64,000 bases of DNA from Tubiluchus corallicola. Its lineage: Eukaryota > Animalia > Priapulida. Below the pieces are notes generated by a model, which worked only from the letters and a program-made list of their open reading frames with translations, had not been told where the DNA came from and searched no databases. Below are positions 36,001 through 50,230 of this stretch, in pieces. Each line of letters begins with the position of its first letter. Positions within the stretch are counted from its first letter, which is position 1. Both the position numbers and the translations under genes were made by a program. The stretch spans positions 341,938-405,937 of the forward strand of contig JAQGDQ010000198.1 of the NCBI GenBank assembly GCA_030141605.1. Direction: 5' to 3'.

Positions 36001-39000
36001 CGTAATCGAGATAAATAAATAAAAGCGTTAGCAACAGCTAGGAATCACCGTGTTAAAAGCTTCGTGAGGCTTTTATACAGGACGTGTATCGACAAAGAAC
36101 TTTACGATCTCGAAATCTAGTGACTTCGAACATTTTGCATTGCTAAAGTTTTACACGTTTAAAACAATATTTTTACACACAACTTCTTTGAAAAGGTACA
36201 TATAAATACGTTGCTGTAAGGTGTAGTCGGTGAACAGCTCTAAGGCCCATAACCTTTAGAGGGCCCAGTGTTGTGCCAAAATTAGAGTAAAAACTACAAA
36301 AATCAGCAACATGTAACAATAACGAATCACTTTTAATTAATTTTAAATAAGGGTAGTAAACTACTTGTAACGATTACCAATAACTTACGATAAGGAACAC
36401 AGTATGGGATTTAAAACGTAAACTCGGAGACAGAAAAGGAGAGGAGGGCCCAAAATCCATGGCCCCTGCCCTAAAACTCTCTTGAGGGCGCTGAATACCT
36501 GGAGCTCAGGACTTTAATGTTTGATTTTTTACAGCCACAAATGCAATATCACAACATTGCAGCTAAACTATGGCCACAAATAGCATGTCGTCGCCGTTAG
36601 ATGTTAACTATAAGCCTAATTATCTCTGCACAGCCTTTTCGTCAAAGGCTACAGTCGACTAATTACACGTAAAATTACATCTTATAACTTGCAAATGTCA
36701 CTGCTGCAGTTCCGATCCGCCAGGCATTGCTGTCCTATGAATTATACTACATACTGCATTCATACTGAATAATAGAGCCAAAAATATCGCCGACTTATCT
36801 GCGTTGCTGCTTTGTTAATATTTAATGTCCATTGCGCTAATAATGTTACGTGATATGTCCATCCTGTCATTACAAAATGCTAGAAAAACATCGAAAACGT
36901 GATGACAAAACATAATTATAGCATTAATGACATGGTGACAGAGACCTATATGTTATATACACAAATATTCTACAAAATATATTAATCCGTTACTATTGTA
37001 TTGTTTATAAAGCCAATATATATGTTGCACGAGCATTGCTATTAGACCCATCTTGCTATATGGCCATGACAGTTTCAAAATGTCGTGTCCCTATAGGGTC
37101 TATAGCTATAGTAGCTACAACTCTAGCTATAAAGAAGTAACTATAGCCCTTAAATATTAGTGTGGCTACTCCTGCCTGAAAATGAAGGCATTGTGTATAT
37201 TTTTATTTTTACAGTATTTTGTGTTTTTAATTACTTAAAGATTCATCATCATCACCACCATCGTCATCACCATCATCATCATCATCTTTTTCACCACAAT
37301 CACATCATCATCATCATCACCATCATCATCAGTGCCATTAGCATCATCATCACCGTCATCATCACCATCATCAGTCACCACCACCACCACCATCATCATC
37401 AGTACCATCAGCATCATCATCACCGTCATCATCACCATCATCAGTCACCACCACCACCACCATCATCATCAGTACCATCAGCATCATCATCACCGTCATC
37501 ATTGTCATCATCACCATCATCATTGCTATATTCTTTTAGAATCACACGCCATGCCGTATACGTTACAGCAGCCTGCTCGTTTGTAGAAAAACTCTTGCTG
37601 CTGCAGTTTTATTACCTTCTCTTGACTACATTGCAACCTAAGTTAACGAGCTGTCTTCGCAGCATGCATAACAACCAGTCTTCTAGCATAATTAAATGAT
37701 CCGCCTGCAATCATTGCCAAGACCTAACAGTTTCAATATGTAATAAATGGTTTCTGCGTCTGTCATTACCTTTGTCAAGCATAGTCGTCGCACCGCTGAA
37801 CTCTGGCTACATTAAAGCACAAGAAAACGGTCTTCATAAACAAAGCTTGCAAATTCGTCTTGAAATTTCATATCGCTTAACATGCTGCTGCTTCTTGCAC
37901 ACACGAATAAGCCTGTATAAAACCTGTAAATTTAAACTCTCGCTATGACCATTAGGCGCGGTCATTTTAACGGTAAGTCGTTTGAAACAAGTTCAGATAA
38001 CATTGTGTAAAATCTGGAAAAATAATTAGAACATTCGTAGAACATTCTTCGCTAGCTAAGTTCAAATTACTTTATATTGTCAATAAGATCAATAACGTGT
38101 TTTTTTTTCGTGAATAAGTGACGCACACTGAGATGGCGATGCAGTGATATTTTACCCGGTGACGCGAGCACTTTAAATTATTAGGAATTATTAAATTATT
38201 ATTTCTTTTCCAATTACGTAAGTTTAAAAAAACAGATAAACGTAATGCTAAGTAACATAACTTTGTATGAAAAGCTCTTTGGGATATACTCTAAAATTCC
38301 CTTTTCTTCACTTCAAATATTCCAGTACGTTTTAATATTCCAGTACGTTCTAATATTCCAGTACGTTTTAATATTCCAGTGCGTTCTAATATTCCAGCAC
38401 GTTCTAATATTCCAGTACGTTCTAATATTCCAGTACGTTCTAATGTTTAAGGAAACGGCAGAATAGGGAATTCAGGTGGATTGGCTGGTAAATTCCAAGG
38501 TTTTTCGTTACGTGAAAGACACATTAACATACATGTGCTAATTATGAGTTCAGCAAGAAACAATTCTTCGAAAGCATGCAGACGTGATTCGAACTGTAAA
38601 AAATTGTATCAGCCAGTTAAATCCAGATAACATTTCTTCATTTGAAAGGAGTTCTCTTGTTGATGATGCTTTAAATTTTGTTCATGATACACACTTTTTA
38701 ACCACGTCTCATAGACTTATCCTAGAGATTTGCTAGATGTAAAACAGCTGCTTATAGATTCATTTTTCCTCGGGCTTCTTGTCTGTGCAATTCTTTAACT
38801 CAGAATTGAATCCCAGAGCACAACAATGTCACTCGATTCAAGATTAAAAGATGTCTTGAAGAAATTAGTTATTATGAATATTATTTCTCTGGACAATTTT
38901 CACTACTTGATTGAAGACGCTTACCTTGACTGTTACTATTAACTTTGTCCCAGGTCATTTGCATAAAAAATACGAGTAGATGACGTATTGTTTTTTTAAT

Positions 39001-42000
39001 TTGTGCAAATATTTTTTGTGGAATAAGGGTAGGAATTTGAGCCTAAAGATTGTTCTATGTTGACGACCATTTAATCTAATACTTTTTTAAATATTTTCTT
39101 TGGTAAGTTGGCCAAAATTGCTGATGAAATAGTGAAGGTTTCCCCATAAATTATCATCAAGCGAGAGATTTGCATGACATGGACGCCAGATTTACGGCTT
39201 ACACAAAATAAAGCGCTTGGAAAGGGAAAAACAAAAGAATTTTCGTCGCCTAAATGATTTATATTTGTTAAATCAACAGTGTAGCTTTCTACCGTTGCAT
39301 GTTCCGCTTGCCTCACTGCCGCAACGAAACACAGAAATGACATAAATCAACGCGACTTGAACGCTTGAAAAACTGAGATCATTAAATCACAGCTAAACCG
39401 ACTCGTTCATTCATACAAATGGTGTTTATCTTCGTTTATCTCCTCGCGTTGTGACGTCACGCTGACGCATTCATTGTCAAGCTTACAATGACTATCTAGG
39501 GATGGCAACAGTACACAAATAATTACTGCAGCATAAAGACTTTATGCAGGTTTTGTTTCAGGCAGAAAAATTTTTATAGACTAAATGCCATTTAAGCTTG
39601 ACATTTCCAACACAGAGCTTCCTGTGGGACTTGGGAGTTTCTTTCGTCTTACTTTGAACAATCTAATGCAGCATAAACGATGTTTACTAATGTTTGAATT
39701 ATACGTTATTGAATAATGTGATACAAGCATAATAGTATTGACAAATGTTTTCATTTATGAAGCGTTGTGTATTGTATCCAACAAACCCTGTGAGGGCTGA
39801 AACACGTCTCGGACAAGAGGGAAATTTGACGTAAATTCAATGAAACTAAGTGCAGTAGTTTCTGTGGCAGTAATGACCGTGCAGTCAAGCGAGAGCAATA
39901 ATAACCGGTTGACTGCACGCAGCAGAGCCATACTGTATTACATGAAGGAGAACAAAGACAACATCACGGCGAAACAAATCCCTTTATAGGTTTCCTCGCA
40001 AACGAGTAACCAAGAAATCTAATTGTTTATCAGTTTTGAAAATTGTTTTTGCATCGCTTTTAAAATTCTTATGGACTGCTAGTGACTGCTTGACCTTACA
40101 GCTGGATCCAAAAACACTTGCAATCTTGCCGGGACTCAAGCAACATGCATCACACTCAGTAATGTCCTGTTGCAATCCTTCAAAAATTACCAAGAAAAAC
40201 AAAATGCATTGTGCACATTTTTGTTGTTATTGAACGATGTACCATGAACACGGCAGGAGCTTGGCATCCCCGTAAGTGTACTGAATCCCTCTCTCCAGAG
40301 AAGTCTAGATTTACATTCTGTCAGATTGTTATTCCCTTGGGAAGCAGCTAGTCGTCTTGTCCCTGATGAAGTTTCTGTGTTTCTGGCTATAACGTGTTAT
40401 CTATTTGTAACGAGTACAAAACTTTTAACACTTTCATTTAACTTTAAACGAAAATTTACTCTTATAGTTTCTTCAAGTTTTCTCTTATATATCAGATGTA
40501 TGCAGTTATGTTAGGGAAGAATAAATGCGGACTGTAAATTTCATTAAAGAAGTGATATGGGCTCTAGAACGTAATTGTTTTGATTTTTTGACATGAATTA
40601 GTTGTACGCCATATTAACATACCTTACTCTCACTTAATTGTATACATTGCTTACTAATCTTGTTAATTAATGTTATTTTACTTGTTGATTTGTTTGTACA
40701 TTTAATGTAATTGTACAATGTGTTTGAATATATATTACTTTGTATCTATCTTCTGTCTTTATATGTTGGTTTTGTCTCCTCAAATTAATTTGTCGAGCTA
40801 ATGCCATATAACCCTTTCGTTGCATTATCGAACAGTTCTTGGAACTTAAGCTTTAGGGGTGATGTTATAAACCCACAAGTAATTAAACTTTTTAGGACAG
40901 GAGACTTGAAACAGGACAATATACAACCTGGATTTGAACTAAGGACCTTCTGCTTACAAGGCAAGCTCGTTAGATCATTAGGCCTCTGTATTTCTCAGTG
41001 ATCGAGCCAGTCCTCCCTTTGTAACTGGCCATCAAAATTCATCATTTCCAATGACAGATAAAGTGATTCTAAGTAGTTCAGTTATTTGAGGTAGCGGTCG
41101 CTTTCAAAAGAACGTAGCGAAAAAACAGATTGCACTCAGCATTACCCCAACCGATAGCTGATCAGCTTAGAATATGGGCACTAAGCTAAACACCTAATCT
41201 CTGGTAATTGATTATGCACGGAGCATAATACTAGTGTGCTCTTGCGCGCATAACAAAACTTTGGTGGGAATTACATGTATTATGGAAATCTGCTTGAGAA
41301 TGCGCTCAACACACACGCTAAGTAGCTTGTTGTTGTTGCTTACGTGTTATTCAACATGGCTTCACGCAGCTCTCGAGATTCAATAAACCCGAGGTTTGTA
41401 AGCTAGCGCTGACCCCAATCACTTTGACCATTACTAGACACAAGAATCGATCTATACTGATCGATAAATGGGGTTAGCGACCATCTAAGTGCAATGCGGT
41501 CAGCAATAAATTCAATCCCAAAGGTCACTCTCAGTGCAAAGGGTCGGCCAAAACGTGATGGAATGGCGTGTTCAAAAGCATGGGAAAATATCATTATTCC
41601 AGCTGACCTGACAAAAGAGGCTTAGAGATTCTAGACTGATACGGTAAAAGAGGTTTAGTGCAAGAAGCTAACAACCGATTTTCAGAAGGGAGGGGTTAGC
41701 TTGAGGCCAAAGAGCACGTGCCACCCCGAGGGAACAGAAATAACTTGAGGGCGGGGAGTCAATCACGAGTGCAAAGCATGAGCAATCAGCTCAGAATGAT
41801 TTAATCCAATCTTAAAACCACTTCTTGCTAAACTTGTTTAAATACAAACCTCTATTAAGTTAGTGCAATACATTGTAATTTTAAGCGCAGTTAACTGACT
41901 TGGCTTATTAAACGGCTTAAATATGTTCAGAAATTGTGAGCAGCTATGAAAAAACGTCCAAAGGCTCCAAACCTCCAACCCCAAACATCCCTGAACGCGT

Positions 42001-43616
42001 AGTTTTAACGTCTAGTCCATACCTGAGCGAAGGATGGCAGAACTGACCTCTAATTAGGTTAGACCAGATTGACGCATGTCTTTCAGTTGTGTAAAGCAAC
42101 ATATAATATAGGCCTACCTACGCATCAACTTGCGTCACACTTTTGTCCAGCTGACAAATTGACTCCATTTGTCAAAAGCGGCAAGCTCCAAGGGAAAGCA
42201 GGTGCTAATTTAACAGGGGAATAAGGCTTGGTGACAAACCGCGGCCGCAACGCGTATGACGCTTAGGTTGTACGTGACGTAAACATGATTTACAACACAA
42301 ACGGATGACAGCCAGAGATGATAGAACTCGGTTTGCTGTGCAAGATTTCTTCCCTTTTGTAGCTTTTATATTAACGTAATAATAATGTTGCGTCAAACTT
42401 TTAAGTTTTCTGACGAACAAGACAAATATTAGATATCACTATGATTCATTTGTGTTGACCAATGTGTAAAAAGAGCTTTCAATGACGTATCAGAGGCGTA
42501 CTGCCTGTCAGTTGCATAGTTTCTTATAGCGTTTGTTTAATTAATAACCCAATTTTAACCCTACAGATAAAACTTACAGAAGACTTGTGTGCATAAATAC
42601 ATGTTTATATTCATGTGCTAATAAGAATTTATTTACTTACTGTCGTCATTGCCATGATTCATCATCATCATCATAGTCACTACCGTCATCACCACCATCA
42701 CCATCACCAGCATGATCACCATCATTGATCATCGTCAGCATCAGCATCATCATCATCATCATCATCACGTTGTCAATAAATAAATTTTCGTCATTAAGCA
42801 GAGAATTTTAATGAATTTTGTTTAAATTTAGGTGTGGCAGTAGCAGCCAGCATCTACTCACTGACAGCTCTGAGCCTGGACAGGTATCTTGCAATCAAGC
42901 ATCCAGCCATATTTCGGAGAGTCAGTAACCATAGCAACGGCTTGAAGTTGATCGGTTTGATCTGGCTGGTGTCCATGTTGTTCATGATGCCGATGCTGTA
43001 CGTCAGGCAAGTGGATCGCCATCATATCCCAGAATTCAGTTATGAGTTATCAATGTGCATCGAGGTCTGGTCAACAGAGTCGTCCAAAAATGCATTCGCT
43101 GTGTTCATGTTGGTGGCAACCTACGTCATCCCATGTTCCGTAATTGTCTATTGTCATTACATTGTCTGTAAAACGCTCAACACCTCTGACATGTTGCGTC
43201 AAGACTCGGACGGCAGCGGGGAAGGCAAACATGTCAACCGTCGTCGCATTGCTCAAATGCTTGTCGTGCTCGTCTTATGCTTTGTCGCTTGTTGGCTACC
43301 GTACAATCTGCTGTCACTGTACATTGATTTGACCAACAACTCCACGTTCAGCCACATTCTTCCATTCACCCTCCTCCTAGCTCACGCCAACAGCGCCGTC
43401 AATCCAATCATTTACTGGATGCTGAACAGCCACTTTAGAGCTGGATTCAATGGCATATTCAGCTGCGGATGGACTTCCATGTACACAGCCGCTAAAAAGT
43501 CAAGTTCGGTACAAGATCCGCCTAAGATTATCATCCAGGACGTCAATGAATCTACTAGACAAGAAAATGGTTGCAAAACTGTTACTGTGGGAATTGGTTT
43601 AGGAGACAGTGTCTGA
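33020..43616 (+). CDS. Class A (rhodopsin-like) neuropeptide-type GPCR, orexin/allatotropin/RFamide-receptor-related, 376 aa, two exons
   Basis: Exon 1 33020-33365 (GN in TM1, NLSLADLL in TM2, C at the start of TM3; G|GTGAG). Exon 2 42832-43616 (TTTAG|GT; SLDRY, CWLPY, NSAVNPIIY). The phase-1 junction restores FQG-VAVAASIY. The intron is about 9.5 kb. Confidence 0.93.
33500..34218 (-). mobile_element. L2/CR1-type LINE 3' fragment (ORF2 C-terminus, 3' UTR, TA-rich tail)
   Basis: PHFFYGC..KLNSLQNYALRLV..LFLYKYINN..IRTNNKYGNNSITKQGVQLWNTLPSNLKQIKSFDELKSKLK*. It ends with AATAAA and (TA)n near 33480-33510. Confidence 0.8.
35170..35380 (-). mobile_element. Reverse-transcriptase fragment of a non-LTR retrotransposon
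   Basis: Minus strand reads IACGVPQGSTLAPLLFLFYVN, matching the RT motif GVPQGS.LGPLLF.IY.ND. Same orientation as the 33500-34218 fragment, so probably one broken element. Confidence 0.75.
37243..37522. repeat. (CAT/CAC)n compound microsatellite in the GPCR intron
   Basis: Seen directly, with an internal duplication of about 69 bp. Confidence 0.9.
38316..38444. repeat. 18-bp minisatellite (TAATATTCCAGTACGTTC), about 7 copies
   Basis: Seen directly; it produces the artefactual IFQYVL repeat ORF. Confidence 0.92.
42655..42768. repeat. Degenerate (CAT)n repeat upstream of GPCR exon 2
   Basis: Seen directly in the sequence. Confidence 0.8.
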
Positions 43617-46222
43617 GTCTTTGAACGACAATAACAAAAATGGTTAATTTAAAGAAAAACCGGACGACTGTTTAGACTCATTCTTATATTAATTTACTAT
43701 CCAAAATGTGCATTTTCTTGTTAATATAAAAGTTAGCAATTATTTCTTATATTTGAATAATTAGCTTAGAAAGTTAATTAACGGCAACTGAACACAGAAA
43801 CTAACCACAGTTGTGCAATGGCAGGTATCTTTCCTTGCACGTCAAGCACGTTTGCGTAAGTGTTACTGCTTAAACGCACGATGTCACGAAAATGGGCTCT
43901 ACGTAATATGAGGTCAGAAACTAACACTGCAGTTCATGATCATGGTTGTCACGGTACCGCCTTCTATTTGTCGGCCATGCTCATCTGACAAAAAAGTGCG
44001 GTTGCCAATTTTAGTAGATTCATTGAACCGCACGTAGCTTTGAAAGTTTAACAAAAGTTGAGTATCCGTGGTAGCCTAATTATTATTTAATCTAAGCTTT
44101 GATTTAAAAAAAACTATTGTAGTTTTCAATATTTTACAGCACACTTTATTCTGAACTAATGTTTACACAATCGTCCGGTTTTCCTTTAAAACTAAAATGC
44201 AGGCCCGTAATTACCAGCTTGTGAATATATCATAGTCGTTACATCAGAAGTTAAAAAAGATCTCAATTTTTATGGTTAACTGTTTATTAATCGTTAAATT
44301 CGAAATCAAAAGGATTGTAATTTTATCCACGTTTTTTTCGTTATCTTTCTTTTGCTCAGCCTCATAGATTTAGATAAAGCGCGTGCGCCTGCGCCTAGGA
44401 GGCACCATCTAAATCTATGCTCAGCCCACAAAAATCTTTTCTTCTCAGCACGTGCACACTACACTGTACTCTCTACGACTTTCTCGCTAAGCGTGACAGC
44501 TTTTGGTTCAACAACATAATCATGATATCACCATTCACAATACAAATTATGGAAAGACCCAGAATGACCCTTAAAATGCAAACAAAAATATTGATCAGAA
44601 AATAATCACTAAACGGTCAGAGAAATAACGTGACAAGTCTATTGACGAAATGAGATTGACCGTTTGCAGTATTCTACTGTAAATGCTATATTATTTGCAC
44701 AAAATTTTATAGCTGTTTAAACTAAGTCATAATATACACTGCAATTAAGTCTATCACACTCAAATATCTTGCCGTCCATTCTCTCCAATGTATATTCAAG
44801 AGAAATTAAGTAATGAATAATTCTAAAGAGTCCTGTAATTATACGTACTGAGCCGAAGGATTGCTTACTAACAATATCGTGAGTATTCGTGTAATCTTCC
44901 CAATATTCCAGAACCCTTTTACAGCATTGGTAGTCGAAGAGTAATTATTTGAGTAAGAAGTGATACTTAATATGACATAATACCTCTCCCTGCATAAAGT
45001 TGAATTTTACTAATAATTTCCGCCCAGTATAAACAGGGGGCTAATATTAAATAATGTGCAAAACAAAAATTGGTAATAAACTGATTTGCCGATATTGTCA
45101 AGTTTTACATTGACTGAAAACCAAAACTTAATATCTACTTAATCGTACCTGTAAAATAAAAACTGACTATAGATGGACAACTGTTGTGATTTTTGCATTT
45201 TTGTTACATAACCATTGCATTTGTTGCATTCTGTGTGTTTTCTCTTTACATAAACCGAGAAGCCCGGTCGAAAAGCTGGAACAGATGAATATAAGAAACT
45301 AAGTAAAGTAAACTAAATTAAAGTATCACGAATGGAATGTATGTCACTTCGTCAGTGTACAAACAGCCAATAGTGCAGTTCGCCAGTGTACATTTCGTTT
45401 GTAAAAATGCTATAACGTAGTTTTTTTGAGTTTATAGGTTTCATTGTCAATATACATTTTTATTTATTTACTTATTTATCTATTTATTTGTTTGTTTATT
45501 TGTTTGTTATTTATTTATTTGTTTGTTTATTTATTTATCTATTTGTTTCATCTAACTAGGTTACTATGATTATGTATATACAGTATGTTCAGTATGACAA
45601 AAATAAAAGCAGAGAAACAAAGTTGAAAACTTTCCATATTCTGCGTTGGTAAGTCTTCGTCTAGCACTGAGGTTTTTGTCAAAGGGTAAATGATATGAAA
45701 TATAGCAGAGAAACTTTATCAGCAAAATGTTTACAGTCGAAATGCATTACGGGCGAACTGAAACAGTTTGTTAAAAGACAAGGCATTAACATAGTAGAGA
45801 AATTTTACTGTCAAAATGTATCAATGGCGAATTGAAATATTTTGTTAGACGTAAGATAATAATATTGTAACAGATCCGGGTTCCATTCCAGCGCTGATCC
45901 GTCTCACGATGTATAGAGCGGCATACAGGTTATGAAATACTTTACAGCAGACGAGAAAAGCAAAAAGAATACGAATGTAAAATAAACTTTAATGCACAAC
46001 CAGTAGCTCCATGACATGTGAACAGACTTTAGTATAAAAGTCAGCAAACCTACAGCATTTACCCTTACAGACAGAAAGGCCAGGTTGGAATCGTCAAATT
46101 ACAGCATCATTCTGTTTTATACAGGTACATTTGCATTACTGGGCTTCTCGACCATACCCATTACTAACATTAGGGGGTTGGTCATAATCTGCCTTCGTAA
46201 CAATAATATAGAAGAGAGAGTT

Positions 46223-46381
46223 TACTGGCAAAGTGTACCACTTGGGGAATGCGACAGAGCCGAAATGTACCACTGGCGAACTGTACACCACACTCGAAGC
46301 GTACCACTGGCGAACTGTACACCACATGCGAACTTTTTGTGCCATTGGCGAAGTGTACCACTAGCGAAATGAGTGGTTGTC
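46223..46381. repeat. Subterminal ~16-bp repeat (GTACCACTGGCGAA) of a degenerate foldback DNA element
   Basis: Several ACTGGCGAA/GTACCAC units. Inverted copies (TTCGCCAGTGTAC) occur at about 45345-45400. Confidence 0.55.
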
Positions 46382-46514
46382 CTTCAGGTTTTACTTGTGA
46401 CAAGGACGGACAATAGTTATAAATTAATTGGTTGGTATTCGTTTATATGCGTCAGACTGACGCTGAGGCATCGAGCAAAGCGAACTTTTACACATTTTTA
46501 ACTAATTGCATTAA

Positions 46515-46770
46515 TAATAACCTTTATTTGAAATCGGCTTCAAGCTCAGACAACACAAGCCTGCCCCGAGGCTTTTATCCACAACTGTAAATAACAAACT
46601 ACCCCTACATGACGGAGATTGTTATTACATCACTTTTGCCCGAAATGCCAGCGCCAGGGCATGGCAACAACAGATACCATTTTAAAGTCTTTGGTATTAC
46701 CCGGCCGCGGTGTCGAACCCACGACTTCCCAGACGTAAAACAGGCGCGTTATCTATTACATTATGTCGTA
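46515..46770 (-). mobile_element. tRNA-headed SINE with a conserved central domain (Meta-domain-like)
   Basis: Minus strand has the B box GGTTCGACACC, then GGTAATACCAAAGACTTTAAAATGGTATCTG..CCTGGCGCTGGCATT, and ends AATAAAGGTTATTATTA. The domain name is from recall, not from an alignment. Confidence 0.65.
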
Positions 46771-48137
46771 CGTCTGGCGTTCATACTTTTATCTGGCCAA
46801 AACTTACCTTCATATTTCTTAGCTACGGTAGTGTTACTAGTCTATGTTAGTATTTTGACCGCTAAAACATTATCTAACACCTCGACCCCTGAATATCTGA
46901 CAATGCACTGATCCTGTACATAGCTAAATGTGACTGAATGAGATGAACAGGTGAAATGATGCTGAATGACGCAGCTGAACAAACTGACATAGCTAACCAT
47001 GCTAAATTTTAAATATATATACTTAAAAGACAAAAATTAAAAATGAAACGAAACAAAATTAAAATGAATGAAGCAAAATAATCGAATATCATACATAAGC
47101 ATTTATATGATTATAATCATTGGAATTACAAACGTACTTAAGCAAGACATGAGAATTCTGCTTTGTTCACAGTTTTTATTAGCTGAATTATTAATTACAA
47201 TATGCGTCATTATTACATAAAAATTACGATCACCAGTAAAACATCTTAATTATTATAACATATAAGTCATTCTAGTGTGTCCGCGTCACTAGGACTACAG
47301 ATTTTACGCTGATTCTATTGTAACATAAACTTATATCTAGATATTGTTTCTCTCAACGCGTTATAATTATAGTCTCCAGAGCTTTAAACTAAGCTTATGT
47401 GGCGTAAATAATCATCTTTTGCACAAGCGAGATGAAAGATAACCACACGTCTAGCTTTCATCTTCGCACATCAAAGAAAAGGGAAGCCATGGTTTAAAAG
47501 GAAAAGCTGTTTTATCAGTCGCGTGAGCTCTCGTCATTGTGTCGCAAAATGGCTTCATTGATTTGGTGGTTAGTCAAGTAAGAATTATTGTTCTGCATCT
47601 ATCAGTTAGCTAAAAGGTCTTAGGTTCGAGTCCCAGTGCACATTTTTGTAGAGTTCGTAATTTAGAACAGTATCACTTTTGTGTGTTTATATAAGATTCG
47701 TTCAATTCAGTTTGGTAAAATTTGGTCTGATACAGTTAACACTTGCGGCATCGTCAGTGAAAAGACATGGTTCAACAGAGCGCACTGAGATGGTCAACCT
47801 AAAACATATTAGGCAGGTAGACAAGTAGACAGCTCAAATAAACAAACCCAAACTAAAACAGATACAGATCCGAGGCAATCATTTTGGCAATCGTTATTTA
47901 AATTCTCATACGCAAGGTTACAAGCCATTTCAATATCACAGAGGTGCGTCTACATCTTAATACTCGATGTTATTAATACAAGTGTCGCAAAATTTTTAAC
48001 TTTGGCATAGAACAGTCACTGCCACTGACAAAAGTAACAAAAATGTTTGAAACTGATCGGAAATGGTTGAAAATTGACCATAAATGGATGATATATTAAG
48101 TACGTCTTCGTTTACTTGCAAAAATGTATACATGTAC

Positions 48138-48771
48138 TAGGCGGATACGATACGATACTTTTTTCAACGATTCAATATCGATAACCTGTTTTTCAGATGA
48201 CATGATACGAATCATACGTACGACAAATTATCTCGAACGATAAAAATGTTACTGAGCGCTTGATTAGTTATTGTGCAAAGAGTCATAGTGTATTGAAATA
48301 CTGTCCGTTTGCAGCTGTTTCATGATTAATATATAGACCAATCTATTATAAAGTTCTCTTCCCTGTTAATACGTGAGTTCCAACAGACAACTATATTACG
48401 CATAGATCTATTACTACATTATATATTTATTTATGTGGGCTGCACTGTTTGCACATAACTAAAAAATACCTCTAAAAATACCGCCCTTGACATGATTCGC
48501 GTGTCATTCACTCGACTGGTGAAAGAAAATTATTTGAACAACCTTAGAAATAATTCTCCTTTTGCTTTTTTGCGTAATTCTCACGATTAGTGAAACGATT
48601 TTATAAATTAGCGCAATAAGTAGCGTGTACGATAACGATATTCCTACAATAACATCGACACGACACGTGTCGACAACCGGATAAACCATTTTTGTATCGA
48701 TACGCTTTTGGATAATTATATCGTATCGCCACGATAATTATCAATACGTATCATTATCATTAACACCCATA
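48138..48771. mobile_element. hAT-like MITE with CGATA/TATCG subterminal repeats
   Basis: Perfect 8-bp TSD ACATGTAC (48130-48137, 48772-48779). Ends are TAGG.. and ..CCCATA, with CGATA repeats on the left and TATCG repeats on the right. Confidence 0.8.
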
Positions 48772-49756
48772 ACATGTACAAATGGTTACCAATCTTGACT
48801 CACGACGGGTCTGACCCTGTACCTCATCGTGCCACAGCCCTCCACTGTAAAATTTTGATTGTTACAGTTCCGAGCATTGCAAGCCTGCATTGAACGCTTA
48901 ACGTTCGAAAACGTTAACGGACTACGAAAATTTATTATTCAAGCAAGATGGTAAATCTTCGTAAATCAATCTCGTAAATCAAGAAAATCTTCTAACAAGA
49001 CAGGAAGCAGCACAAATATCGTTGCCACCTTCGCATGTAGATACATCCTTCTCGAGTGTGACAAATAGTCGACACATAGTGACAGATTAAAAACCGCCCA
49101 GAATCTTGTGCCCAGTAGTCATCCATCAATTCATTAACGTGTATTACGTTGCTTAGCTTCGTAGCGGAAATGCACGAAGTGAACATTCAACTATTCCCCT
49201 TCTTGTGTTATGGTTATAAATTATTAAGTAAACTGACTGTTTGAATTTGCCAGCGCAAGATATTTGTTTTCACTCCACACCAATTAGCTTTGATATTTAC
49301 CAGTTTAAGTAATTTTATTGCACCATGTAAGTAGACAAAATGACTATTATACTGGAAATGCTGTAATAAAAGTATTTAATATGAGTTGACGTGTGCGTGG
49401 TGCAAGCAGATTACAATTTTATTGGTTTAGTAAGCTCCAAGCAATCAAAAAAAAAAGCAATAACTCAGCTGCACGAGATTATAATGAATCATATTTGTAC
49501 AAGTAATATAATCTTAAACAAATTACATGAACCGGATATTAAAAACAAAATCCTGGCAATTCGTTTTGCGTTATTTACAAAGCATTTAATCATCTGAATA
49601 ACTTAAAGTAATAGTTTACGCTTACAATAGGTTATTGCTCCTATTAACAGTAAGCTATAGGATCGTCGAATGCCTCTGCGTTTTTGCACAACAGACGCAG
49701 AGGCATTCGACGATTATTAGATTATTAGATTTATCAGATATATATATATATTCTAT

Positions 49757-49876
<120 letters not shown>

Positions 49877-50148
49877 ACCATTTATTTCGAACATATAGTT
49901 CACAGTAAAGTTATAAAAAATACAAAATTGTCTAGAAACAATAATAAAAATTGGAATTGCAGGATCAGTACACACTGTTGTTGCGGGGGCTGAACTTCGC
50001 TCTGTTTTGCGTTCAAACTTTTTTCACACACTCAGGTACACAGATATGCGGCCTGTATGTTATTTCGAGTCGTGTTAATGTAAAGCACCACTATAAATTT
50101 TAAATGTACTAGTCTTACCTGAATGAAATTCATAAATTCCGCGTTCCG

Positions 50149-50230
50149 ATTGGCTCTAAATTCGAATACTCACCTGTTTTCACCTGCAAGTCTATAAATA
50201 GAAGAGCCGCATCCTGTTTCTTTAAGTTCG
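50149..50230 (+). promoter_or_regulatory. Candidate Pol II core promoter, possibly for a non-coding first exon of the ACSF2-like gene
   Basis: ATTGG (reverse CCAAT) at 50149, two CACCTG E-boxes (50171, 50181), TATAAATA at 50193-50200, and a possible donor near 50330. Motif evidence only. Confidence 0.4.

Noticed and set aside
37160-37699. Poly-His 179-aa ORF
   Set aside because: It is the translation of a (CAT)n microsatellite inside the GPCR intron.
39950-40400. Possible transposase remnant on the minus strand (..HLRGCQ..)
   Set aside because: The motif is too short and there are no supporting termini. It cannot be supported without a profile search.
47550-47650. Intact tRNA genes here and at 16960, 30700, 31260 and 40930
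   Set aside because: Only A/B-box-like remnants are present and no cloverleaf could be built, so they are treated as SINE heads.
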